The notes under the pieces were generated by a model. That model made no database searches and was not told the origin of the DNA. It was given only the letters and a program-made list of their open reading frames with translations. From NCBI RefSeq assembly GCF_000260965.1, contig NC_017856.1, positions 270,001 to 302,000 on the forward strand: 32,000 bases of DNA, written 5' to 3'. This DNA comes from Methylophaga frappieri. GTDB taxonomy: Bacteria > Pseudomonadota > Gammaproteobacteria > Nitrosococcales > Methylophagaceae. The translations under genes and the position numbers were made by a program. This document shows positions 1 through 8,141 of this stretch, in pieces; position 1 is the first letter of the stretch, and each line of letters opens with the position of its first letter.

Positions 1-6
1 TATTGT

Positions 7-453
7 TTATTCAGTGGTAATTGAAATATCGTGGTCACTATCCATCGCCGCATGTGCGGTATGCCATGACAACGTCGCACATTTAACACGGGCTGGAAAA
101 TCTTTGACACCGCTCAGCACTTCAAGTTTACCAAGCAGATCCCGATCAGATGACTCCCCTGTCATGACTTTATGTACTTGCTGATAAATGGCATCGGCTT
201 CGGTCACCGTTTTGCCCTTGAGCGCTTCGGTCATGAGTGACGCCGAGGCTTTTGAAATCGCGCAGCCACTGCCGGTGAAACTGACATCGATTATTTTTTC
301 GTCTTCCAGTTTTAAATAAACAACCAGTTTGTCACCACAAAGCGGATTATTACCATGGGCCAAATGATTCGCGTCATCAATTTCTCGAAAATTTCGCGGG
401 TTTTTATTGTGGTCCATGATGACTTGTTGATAGAGATCACGTAAATCACTCAT
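7..453 (-). CDS. sufU: SUF-system NifU/SufU-family Fe-S assembly (sulfur-transfer/scaffold) protein
   Basis: 148-aa ORF that closely resembles Bacillus-type SufU. It has the LYQQVIMDH..NPRN N-terminus and ligand motifs NPLCGD, GSGCAIS and RVKCATLSW. Its ATG overlaps the sufS TGA by 1 nt (TGATG). Confidence 0.9.
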   Translation of the reverse strand: MSDLRDLYQQVIMDHNKNPRNFREIDDANHLAHGNNPLCGDKLVVYLKLEDEKIIDVSFTGSGCAISKASASLMTEALKGKTVTEADAIYQQVHKVMTGESSDRDLLGKLEVLSGVKDFPARVKCATLSWHTAHAAMDSDHDISITTE

Positions 454-1676
454 CAGGAAAATAACTCCTGTGTCTTTAAAATCGCACGAATCAATGCTTC
501 TACTTCCGCCTCATTATTATAAAAGGCAAAGGAAGCACGTGCTGTGGCTGGGATATCATAAAACGCCATGACCGGCTGGGCACAATGATGCCCGGTACGA
601 ATGGCAACGCCATCCTGATCAAAGATAGTCCCGACATCATGCGGATGGACACCCTCAATCATAAATGAGAGCACAGCAGCTTTATTTGCTGATGTGCCAA
701 TAATCTCGACGCCTGGCAATGCCCTTATTTTGTCTGTCGCAAGTTGCAATAAGTGATGCTCTTGGGCAGCAATGTTATCAAGACCGATTGACCACATATA
801 CTCAATGGCTGCACCGAGACCGATCGCCCCGGCAATATGCGGCGTGCCAGCTTCAAATTTATAGGGCAATTCATTGTAAATTGTTTGCTCAAAGCTGACC
901 GACAAGATCATATCGCCACCGCCTTGATAAGGTGGCATGGCCGCTAATAACGTCTCGCGACCATAGAGTGCGCCAATCCCGGTTGGCGCAAACATTTTAT
1001 GACCAGATAAGACATAAAAATCACAGTCAATATCAGTCACATCAACGGCCATGTGTGGCACAGCCTGAGCACCATCAATTAAAACTGGAATAGCTTTGGC
1101 GCGGGCTTTGGCGGTGATTGCTTTCACTGGGTTTATCGTTCCCAGCGCATTGGACACATGACCAATTGCCAACATTTTAGTGCGACTGGTCAGCAGATTA
1201 TCCAGATCGGATAAATCCAGCTCGCCAGACTGCGTCATGGGAATCACATTCAGCTTTGCACCGGTTTGTTCACACAGCATCTGCCAAGGAACAATATTCG
1301 CGTGATGCTCTAAATAGCTAATCAGGATTTCATCACCAGCTTGTAATTTTGGCCGCAAAAAGCTTTGCGCAACCAGGTTAACCGCTTCGGTGGCCCCGCG
1401 CGTAAAGATGATTTCCTTATCACTCGCTGCATTGAGAAATTGTCGAACTTTGTCACGGGCGCCTTCATAGGCATCGGTGGCACGTTGACTCAGTTGATGT
1501 ACACCACGATGAATATTAGCGTTATCCTGCTGATAAAAATCGCTGACCGCGTCGATAACCTGCTTCGGTTTTTGGCTGGTCGCGGCATTATCCAGATAGA
1601 CCAACGGCTGACCATTGATCTGTTGATGCAGGATCGGGAAATCGTCGCGAATCGCGTTGATATTCAATACAGACAT
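453..1676 (-). CDS. sufS: Cysteine desulfurase, SufS/CsdA family (PLP-dependent)
   Basis: 407-aa ORF with HHANIVPW, the PLP-lysine motif SGHKMFAPTGIGALYG and the active-site Cys loop RTGHHCAQP. It sits last-but-one in the suf operon. Confidence 0.95.
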   Translation of the reverse strand: MSVLNINAIRDDFPILHQQINGQPLVYLDNAATSQKPKQVIDAVSDFYQQDNANIHRGVHQLSQRATDAYEGARDKVRQFLNAASDKEIIFTRGATEAVNLVAQSFLRPKLQAGDEILISYLEHHANIVPWQMLCEQTGAKLNVIPMTQSGELDLSDLDNLLTSRTKMLAIGHVSNALGTINPVKAITAKARAKAIPVLIDGAQAVPHMAVDVTDIDCDFYVLSGHKMFAPTGIGALYGRETLLAAMPPYQGGGDMILSVSFEQTIYNELPYKFEAGTPHIAGAIGLGAAIEYMWSIGLDNIAAQEHHLLQLATDKIRALPGVEIIGTSANKAAVLSFMIEGVHPHDVGTIFDQDGVAIRTGHHCAQPVMAFYDIPATARASFAFYNNEAEVEALIRAILKTQELFS

Positions 1677-1681
1677 AAGCG

Positions 1682-2974
1682 TTAGTTTCTTGGTAAACGT
1701 TGTTCGACGACGCGAATAATCGCATCACGAATATCGGTGTTATCAATTTGCTCAATCACGTCAGCAGCAAATGCGAAAGTCAGCAAACTTCGGGCACTGG
1801 TTTCACTTAACCCACGAGCGCGTAAGAAAAACAATTGGTCTTCATTTATTTGACCAATCGCACTGCCATGACCACATTTGACATCATCGGCGTAAATTTC
1901 CATTTCGGGCTTACTGTCAATTTCAGCACCACGAGATAACAGCAGGTTTTTATTAGCCTGATTAGCGTCTGTTTTTTGCGCATCTCGATGCACATGCACT
2001 TTACCGTTGAAAACGGCATGGCTCTTATCATCCATCACCCCTTTGTATAGCTCATCACTGGTGGTGTTGGGGATGGTATGATCAATACGGGTGTGATTAT
2101 CAACATGCTGACGACCATCAACCAGATATAAACCGTTCATGGTGACATGAGCCTGCTCACCTAAGAGTTGACTGTGCACATCGTTACGGGCCAGTTGACC
2201 GCCCAGCGAAATATTATGATTGTGCCACTCACTGGATTGTGCCTGTTTTGCGGCCATTGTTGCGATATGAAACTGTTGCTTTGACTCGCGCTGCAGTTTG
2301 TAATGGAACAATTTCGCCCGGTCTGCCAAGTCAATTTCGGTAATGCTATTGGTCAGACCTGTTGTGTCATCCGGGCTGGCATACAACTCAATTAAGGTTG
2401 CCTCACTTTCCGCCTCCATCACCACAACATGCCGTAAATGAACGGCAAGATCAGCCGTATTGCCCGAATTGACAACTAATAATTCAATCGGTTTTTTCAG
2501 CTTAACGCCTGCTGCAACATGAATATAAGCGCCTTCGCTCATCAGCATGGTATTAAGGGCATTAAAGCCGCTTTTTTCCAAGGATATCTGTTGGTTCAGA
2601 TACGGCATGGCTGCATCTAATGATTGAGACAAAGGCTGAACCGTCACACCATCTGGTAAGCCACTCAAGCTAGAAGCAGTAAAGTCAATATGACCATCAA
2701 CAATGACCAACTGATACGCATCACTGAGTAACTGCCAGTCTGCCGCATTGACATGCCCCGGCTGACTGACATCATGGGTAAACTGTTGCTGACTAAATGA
2801 CCATAAACTGGTGTATTTCCAGTCCTCATCGCGCTTTCCAGGCAGACCATTTCGTTCGAAATACTGTTGTCCTGATGCCCGCAAACCTCGCCAGTCCGGG
2901 TTTGGCAGACCATTTTCCCGACGCATTTCAGCGACGGGAATAAAGTCCGTTTGAAATTCCGTTAACTGTTTCAT
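1682..2974 (-). CDS. sufD: Fe-S cluster assembly protein SufD
   Basis: 430-aa ORF between sufC and sufS. The C-terminal SufB/SufD-type region reads [27 protein letters not shown]. It overlaps sufC by 4 nt. Confidence 0.9.
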   Translation of the reverse strand: MKQLTEFQTDFIPVAEMRRENGLPNPDWRGLRASGQQYFERNGLPGKRDEDWKYTSLWSFSQQQFTHDVSQPGHVNAADWQLLSDAYQLVIVDGHIDFTASSLSGLPDGVTVQPLSQSLDAAMPYLNQQISLEKSGFNALNTMLMSEGAYIHVAAGVKLKKPIELLVVNSGNTADLAVHLRHVVVMEAESEATLIELYASPDDTTGLTNSITEIDLADRAKLFHYKLQRESKQQFHIATMAAKQAQSSEWHNHNISLGGQLARNDVHSQLLGEQAHVTMNGLYLVDGRQHVDNHTRIDHTIPNTTSDELYKGVMDDKSHAVFNGKVHVHRDAQKTDANQANKNLLLSRGAEIDSKPEMEIYADDVKCGHGSAIGQINEDQLFFLRARGLSETSARSLLTFAFAADVIEQIDNTDIRDAIIRVVEQRLPRN

Positions 2975-3738
2975 GCTGGCTCACTCGCAGGTTGTTCTTT
3001 AATCCAGCTATAGCCTGATTTTTCGAGCTCTTTCGCCAGATCTTTGTCACCAGATTTAACAATACGCCCCTCTGACAACACATGTACAACGTCAGGAACA
3101 ATATAATCCAGCAGACGCTGATAGTGCGTAATCATGACTATCGATCGATCTTCAGCGCGTAAGGCGTTGACGCCTTCTGAAACGATGCGCAGTGCGTCAA
3201 TATCCAAACCAGAGTCTGTTTCATCCAGAATCGCCAGTGTTGGCTCTAAAACTGCCATTTGCAGGATTTCATTGCGTTTTTTCTCACCACCGGAAAAACC
3301 CTCATTAACGCTACGGTGGAGGAATTGCTCATCCATTTTCACCAGTTCCATTTTTTTGCGAACCAATGTCAAAAAGTCCATCGCATCCACTTCTTCGAGC
3401 CCTTGATATTTGCGCACCGCATTTAATGCCGCTTTCAGCAAATAAATATTACTCACACCAGGAATTTCAACTGGATACTGAAACGCCAGGAATACTCCAC
3501 GTTGGGCGCGCTCTTCTGGCTCTAAATCCAATAGGCTTTCCCCTTTGTAGAAGATTTCGCCTTGCGTTATTTCATAACCTTCACGACCAGCAAGCACATT
3601 CGATAACGTACTTTTACCGGCGCCATTCGGCCCCATAATGGCATGCACTTCACCGGCATTAACGGTCATATCAATCCCGCGCAAAATTTCTTTGCCATCA
3701 ATTGAGGCATGCAGGTTTTTGATTTCCAAAATTTTCAT
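2971..3738 (-). CDS. sufC: Fe-S cluster assembly ATPase SufC
   Basis: 255-aa ORF with Walker [13 protein letters not shown] signature FSGGEKKR and Walker [13 protein letters not shown]. Confidence 0.96.
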   Translation of the reverse strand: MKILEIKNLHASIDGKEILRGIDMTVNAGEVHAIMGPNGAGKSTLSNVLAGREGYEITQGEIFYKGESLLDLEPEERAQRGVFLAFQYPVEIPGVSNIYLLKAALNAVRKYQGLEEVDAMDFLTLVRKKMELVKMDEQFLHRSVNEGFSGGEKKRNEILQMAVLEPTLAILDETDSGLDIDALRIVSEGVNALRAEDRSIVMITHYQRLLDYIVPDVVHVLSEGRIVKSGDKDLAKELEKSGYSWIKEQPASEPA

Positions 3739-3778
3739 ATTTATAACTCTGACTTTTTATTTATATTCGTAGTGTGAT

Positions 3779-5233
3779 TTAACCGACTGAACCTTCAAGG
3801 GACAGACCCAAGAGATTTTGCGCTTCTACAGCAAACTCCATCGGCAACTCGCGGATAACCTGCTTGCAGAAACCATTCACAATCATTGACACGGCGTCTT
3901 CTTCATCCAGACCACGCTGTTTGCAATAAAACAATTGGTCTTCACTAATCTTTGAGGTTGACGCCTCATGTTCAATTTGTGCAGAGGGATTTTTCACTTC
4001 GATATACGGAAAAGTATGCGCTGCACACTGGTCGCCCATTAGCAATGAATCACACTCCGTATAATTTCGTGCATTTTCTGCATTGGGTCCCACCCGAACC
4101 AAGCCACGATAGGCATTAGAAGACCGCCCAGCCGAGATACCCTTTGAGATAATCGTTGAGCTGGTATTTTTGCCCAAATGGATCATTTTGGTACCGGTAT
4201 CAGCTTGTTGCAGATTGTTGGTGACCGCTACCGAGTAAAACTCACCTACAGAATGATCTCCTTGTAAGACCACGCTAGGATATTTCCAGGTAATTGCGGA
4301 ACCAGTTTCAACTTGTGTCCATGAGACTTTTGAACGCTCACCACGGCAGGCAGCGCGTTTTGTTACAAAATTATAGATGCCACCTTTGCCATTTTCATCA
4401 CCGGGATACCAGTTTTGAACGGTTGAGTACTTGATTTCTGCATGATCCATGGCGACCAACTCAACCACTGCCGCATGTAATTGGTTTTCGTCCCGCATGG
4501 GCGCGGTACAACCTTCAAGGTAGCTAACATAGCTTTCATCATCAGCAATGATGAGCGTCCGTTCAAATTGCCCCGTATTCGCCGCATTGATTCGGAAATA
4601 AGTCGACAACTCCATTGGGCATCGCACCCCTTTTGGGATATAGACGAAAGAGCCATCCGTAAATACCGCCGAATTCAACGCCGCATAAAAGTTATCTTTG
4701 TATGGGACGACACTGCCCAAATACTTTTTAACTAATTCCGGGTGCTCATGCACAGCTTCCGAGATTGGCATGAATAAGATGCCTTGTTTCGCCAAAGTAT
4801 CTTTAAACGTATTTGATACTGAAACGCTATCAAACACCGCGTCTACAGCAACCCCCGCCAAACGTGCACGTTCGTCTAGCGGAACACCCAATTTTTCATA
4901 GGTTTTTAATAACTCTGGATCCACTTCATCCAGGCTTTTTGGGCCGTCGGTCTTTTTCTTTGGTGCACTGTAGTAACTGACCGCCTGATAATCGACTTCA
5001 GGGTAGTGCACATGCGCCCATTCTGGCGTTTCCATGGTCAACCAGTAGCGATACGCTTTTAAGCGAAATTCCAGCATGAATTCTGGTTCATTTTTAATTG
5101 CAGAAATTTGCCGAATTGTGTCTTCAGTCAGGCCTGGCGGCAGACTATCTGCTTCGATATCGGTGTAAAAACCGGCCTTGTACTCACGACTGGTGAGTGC
5201 TTCTAATTGTTCGGTTTGTGTCTGTTCAGTCAT
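3779..5233 (-). CDS. sufB: Fe-S cluster assembly scaffold SufB
   Basis: The ORF track gives 3779-5245. I prefer the second ATG at 5233 (MTEQTQ...), which has a GGTGG-like SD and an 8-nt overlap with the regulator stop. Typical SufB C-terminus: [27 protein letters not shown]. Confidence 0.94.
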   Translation of the reverse strand: MTEQTQTEQLEALTSREYKAGFYTDIEADSLPPGLTEDTIRQISAIKNEPEFMLEFRLKAYRYWLTMETPEWAHVHYPEVDYQAVSYYSAPKKKTDGPKSLDEVDPELLKTYEKLGVPLDERARLAGVAVDAVFDSVSVSNTFKDTLAKQGILFMPISEAVHEHPELVKKYLGSVVPYKDNFYAALNSAVFTDGSFVYIPKGVRCPMELSTYFRINAANTGQFERTLIIADDESYVSYLEGCTAPMRDENQLHAAVVELVAMDHAEIKYSTVQNWYPGDENGKGGIYNFVTKRAACRGERSKVSWTQVETGSAITWKYPSVVLQGDHSVGEFYSVAVTNNLQQADTGTKMIHLGKNTSSTIISKGISAGRSSNAYRGLVRVGPNAENARNYTECDSLLMGDQCAAHTFPYIEVKNPSAQIEHEASTSKISEDQLFYCKQRGLDEEDAVSMIVNGFCKQVIRELPMEFAVEAQNLLGLSLEGSVG

Positions 5234-5714
5234 GATGACCACCATTTTGTAAAGTATGCTTTTCTGCTTTTACCTGTGAGGGATAAAACGTAATCTTTTG
5301 GGCTTCAGGGCTATTTGGCAACGCCATATTCGCCAGTTTGACTTCATCAAGGGCGTGAAATACTGCGTTATTGATCTGGGTCCAATTCGTTTGGATAGCG
5401 CAATGTCTTTCCTGCTCACACTGACCGTGATCGCTGACACATTCGGTCAAAGCAATCGGGCCTTCAATAGCCGTTATTATATCTGCCACCGAAATCCTGC
5501 GTGGATCCCGGTTCAAGCTGTAGCCGCCCTGCGCTCCCCGCTCAGACTTCAGTAAACCGCCACAAGTCAAAGCCTTTAACACTTTTTTCACTGTTGGCAG
5601 AGGCATCTGAACGGCGTCAGACAGCGTATGTGCACTGTGCTGTGAATCCCTATTCGCAGCCAAATGACTCATCAGCACGATGCCGTAATCCGTCAATTTC
5701 CCCATTCGCAGCAT
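5226..5714 (-). CDS. Rrf2-family transcriptional regulator of the SUF operon (IscR/SufR-like, probable Fe-S sensor)
   Basis: The N-terminal wHTH region [19 protein letters not shown] is typical of Rrf2 regulators. Three clustered cysteines (C-x6-C-x5-C in [16 protein letters not shown]) could ligate a cluster. The start at 5714 is preferred because GGAGGG lies 7 nt upstream; the ORF track start is 5729. It is the first gene of the suf operon. Confidence 0.85.
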   Translation of the reverse strand: MLRMGKLTDYGIVLMSHLAANRDSQHSAHTLSDAVQMPLPTVKKVLKALTCGGLLKSERGAQGGYSLNRDPRRISVADIITAIEGPIALTECVSDHGQCEQERHCAIQTNWTQINNAVFHALDEVKLANMALPNSPEAQKITFYPSQVKAEKHTLQNGGHHD

Positions 5715-5727
5715 AATTCTGCCCTCC

Positions 5728-5752
5728 AATTGGTACCATTATAGTACCAATT
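5728..5752. promoter_or_regulatory. Candidate operator: perfect 9-bp inverted repeat AATTGGTAC-N7-GTACCAATT
   Basis: Read directly. The left arm is 5728-5736, the right arm 5744-5752, and the 7-nt spacer is CATTATA. The spacer contains the minus-strand TATAAT. The repeat lies immediately upstream of the Rrf2 regulator SD and start. Confidence 0.45.
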
Positions 5753-5766
5753 AACGTAATAACCAA
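5738..5766 (-). promoter_or_regulatory. Candidate sigma70 promoter of the suf operon
   Basis: On the minus strand the -35 is TTGGTT (5766-5761), followed by a 17-nt spacer and a perfect -10 TATAAT (5743-5738). The predicted leader is short and runs into SD GGAGGG (5727-5722) and the ATG at 5714. Confidence 0.45.
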
Positions 5767-5867
5767 GTGGCATCGTCAGATAGGAGTCGTCGGTTCAAGC
5801 CTGAAACACTTATGAAAGTATGAGACAATCTCCTTAGTGAACTTCAACGACAAATAAGTTACTAAAC

Positions 5868-5894
5868 GGGGCATATGCCCCTTTTCTTTTTTTT
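5868..5894 (+). terminator. Rho-independent terminator-like hairpin just upstream of the FKBP gene
   Basis: GGGGC-ATAT-GCCCC (5868-5881) is followed by TTTTCTTTTTTTT (5882-5894). On the opposite strand only GTTT follows the hairpin, so the orientation is plus. It ends 19 nt before the ATG at 5913. Confidence 0.7.
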
Positions 5895-5912
5895 GATGAG
5901 AGTGAACACACT

Positions 5913-6587
5913 ATGAAATTGAACGTTTTGATCGCCTCGCTAACCTTTTTATTCGGAGCAAATGTTATGGCTCAAGCTAATCTCGACTCAGATAAACAAA
6001 AAATCAGCTACATTTTTGGCATTCAGGTCGGACAAAATATGATGGCTGAAGGAGTCAATTTGGACATTGATGCGTTCGCCGCCGGTGTGCAGGACATGCT
6101 GAATGGTCAACAGCCGCAACTCGATCAAGCCAGTGCCGAACAAGTGATTAGCGCCTATCAGCAAAAAAAATCTCAAGAAATGGCTGATTTGATGAATAAA
6201 AAACAAGCTGAATCAAAAGCGTTTATGGACGAAAATGCTAAAAATCCAAACGTTAAAACGACAGACAGCGGCATCCAGTATGAAATTCTTGAAGCCGGTG
6301 ATGGTGCCACACCTACAGCAGAGGATAAAGTCATCGCTCATTACGAAGGCACGCTAATTGACGGGACGAAGTTTGATAGTTCCTATGACCGAGGTGAACC
6401 GGCCACTTTCCCTGTCAATGGCGTTATTCAAGGCTGGCAAGAAGTGCTTAAAATGATGAAGGAAGGTGCTAAATGGCGTGTTGTTATTCCAGGTAGCTTA
6501 GCCTATGGCCCGCAAGGTGCAGGTGACAAAATTGGCCCAAATGAAACGTTACTTTTCGATATTGAATTAATCGCTATTACCAACTAG
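5913..6587 (+). CDS. Secreted FKBP-type peptidyl-prolyl cis-trans isomerase (Mip/FkpA-like)
   Basis: 224-aa ORF with signal peptide MKLNVLIASLTFLFGANVMAQA. It has an FKBP N-terminal dimerisation-type helix region and a C-terminal FKBP domain (HYEGTLIDGTKFDSSYDRGEPATFPVNGVIQGWQE...LLFDIELI). Confidence 0.9.
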   Translation: MKLNVLIASLTFLFGANVMAQANLDSDKQKISYIFGIQVGQNMMAEGVNLDIDAFAAGVQDMLNGQQPQLDQASAEQVISAYQQKKSQEMADLMNKKQAESKAFMDENAKNPNVKTTDSGIQYEILEAGDGATPTAEDKVIAHYEGTLIDGTKFDSSYDRGEPATFPVNGVIQGWQEVLKMMKEGAKWRVVIPGSLAYGPQGAGDKIGPNETLLFDIELIAITN

Positions 6588-6610
6588 TTTCGACAATATT
6601 GGCGCGATAT

Positions 6611-6641
6611 AACCGCCCGGCATTATGCTGGGCGGTTTTTT
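6611..6641. terminator. Hairpin terminator between the convergent FKBP gene and ampD
   Basis: AACCGCCCGGCA/TGCTGGGCGGTT forms a stem of about 11 bp with one G-U pair, followed by a T-run at 6636-6641. The ampD stop codon lies inside the T-run. The signal is clearer for the plus strand. Confidence 0.7.
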
Positions 6642-7188
6642 ATTGAAGCATTTTATTTAAACGAGCCCAATCAAAAAAAGGCCCCGGATCCGTTTTTCTG
6701 CCCGGCGCTATATGCTCATGCCCAGTAATATTATCTAGATTTAATTTTGGATAACTCGCCACCAAACAGTGAATCACGGCAGTCAATTTGACGTATTGTT
6801 CATCGGTAAAAGCCGTATGGTCGTCTCCTTCCAACTCAATACCAACGGTAAAGTCATTACATTTATCACGGCCCTGCCAATTTGATTGTCCTGCATGCCA
6901 AGCACGACGATGAAATGGAACAAATTGCACAATGTGACCATTTCGACGAATTAATAGGTGCGAAGAAACTTTCAGGTGCGCAATTGTTTTAAAGTAAGGG
7001 TGAGCACTTGCCTCTAACCGATTAAGAAATAAGTCTATTATCCATGTCTCTCCAAACTGACCGGGCGGCAAGCTGATATTATGAATGACGATACCCGTCA
7101 GATCGTCCGTATCGGGACGTAAATCTTGGTTTGGCGAACACTGCTTTTCTGCGACATCCAGCCAGCCAGTTTTATTATCAATCTGCAA
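6640..7188 (-). CDS. ampD: 1,6-anhydro-N-acetylmuramyl-L-alanine amidase AmpD
   Basis: 182-aa ORF with the AmpD motifs VIHNISLPPGQFG and RRAWHAGQSNWQGRDKCNDFTVGIELEG. It is divergent from nadC, as in E. coli. The predicted start is TTG, with AGGA 9 nt upstream. Confidence 0.9.
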   Translation of the reverse strand: MQIDNKTGWLDVAEKQCSPNQDLRPDTDDLTGIVIHNISLPPGQFGETWIIDLFLNRLEASAHPYFKTIAHLKVSSHLLIRRNGHIVQFVPFHRRAWHAGQSNWQGRDKCNDFTVGIELEGDDHTAFTDEQYVKLTAVIHCLVASYPKLNLDNITGHEHIAPGRKTDPGPFFDWARLNKMLQ

Positions 7189-7264
7189 AATTACATTCCT
7201 AAAGATTTAGTGAATAGATTATCAAACCTGATGCAGTTACCCTATAGCGTTTAATGGAGTCAGC

Positions 7265-8107
7265 ATGCGCATCGAAAATACTATTCCTGTTGAGTTTATT
7301 GCCTCTCAAGTAAAACTGGCATTGCTTGAAGATATCGGACAAGGTGATTTGACCGCCGCGTTAATCCCAAATGATAAACGCGCCGTTGCAAAACTCATCG
7401 CACGTGAGCCAGGTGTGTTAGCTGGCACCGATTGGGTAACACAAGCATTTCAGCAATGTTCACCAGAAATCACGTTGCATTGGTTTCAACATGATGGCAG
7501 TCATTTGCAACAGAATGATCTCATTTGTGAAATCCGGGGCAACGCCCGAGCGATGTTAAGTGCTGAGCGTACTGCATTAAACTTTTTACAAACCTTGTCT
7601 GGAACAGCGACCCTAACCCGCCGATATATTGAGGCTCTACAAGGCCTAAACACAACATTGCTTGATACCCGTAAAACAATTCCTGGCTTACGTTTAGCTC
7701 AGAAATATGCCGTACGCTGTGGTGGCGGTTCCAACCATCGGTTTGGCTTGTTTGATGCAATTTTGATTAAAGAAAATCACATTCAAGCAGCTGGCAATAT
7801 TCAAGCAGCCGTTAAGCAAGCCAGAAACGTTAATTCAAATGTGACTATCGAACTGGAAGTAGAAAACCTGGAAGAACTTCAACAAGGTCTTCATGCCGGC
7901 GTTGATATCATTTTATTAGATAATTTCAGTATTGAGACACTCTCGACGGCGGTCGAATTAACTGCCGGTCAAACGCTGCTCGAGGCGTCAGGCGGTATTA
8001 CCATAGAAAATATTCGACAGATTGCTGAAACAGGCGTGAACCGCATCTCTGTTGGTAGTCTGACTAAAGATGTTTGCGCGCTTGATCTCTCAATGCGCTT
8101 TAACTAA
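7265..8107 (+). CDS. nadC: Nicotinate-nucleotide diphosphorylase (quinolinate phosphoribosyltransferase)
   Basis: 280-aa ORF with typical NadC segments: ERTALNFLQTLSGTAT, LLDTRKTIPGLR, KYAVRCGGGSNHRFGL and DIILLDNF. A GGAG SD lies 6 nt upstream. Confidence 0.95.
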   Translation: MRIENTIPVEFIASQVKLALLEDIGQGDLTAALIPNDKRAVAKLIAREPGVLAGTDWVTQAFQQCSPEITLHWFQHDGSHLQQNDLICEIRGNARAMLSAERTALNFLQTLSGTATLTRRYIEALQGLNTTLLDTRKTIPGLRLAQKYAVRCGGGSNHRFGLFDAILIKENHIQAAGNIQAAVKQARNVNSNVTIELEVENLEELQQGLHAGVDIILLDNFSIETLSTAVELTAGQTLLEASGGITIENIRQIAETGVNRISVGSLTKDVCALDLSMRFN

Positions 8108-8108
8108 A

Positions 8109-8130
8109 AAGGCCGCCCGAAGGCGGCCTT
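8109..8130. terminator. Bidirectional hairpin terminator between nadC and the TonB-dependent receptor
   Basis: GGCCGCC-CGAA-GGCGGCC (8111-8128) is flanked by AAAAA on the left and TT on the right. Read on the minus strand it is followed by TTTTT, which suits the receptor gene. It is weaker for nadC. Confidence 0.75.
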
Positions 8131-8141
8131 AAAGCGGAAAT

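Noticed and set aside
5786-5802. tRNA T-arm-like sequence GTCGG-TTCAAGC-CTGAA in the suf/FKBP spacer, a possible tRNA remnant or att site
   Set aside because: Only 4 of 5 stem pairs form. There is no matching acceptor, D or anticodon arm upstream, no CCA context, and no integrase or direct repeat nearby.
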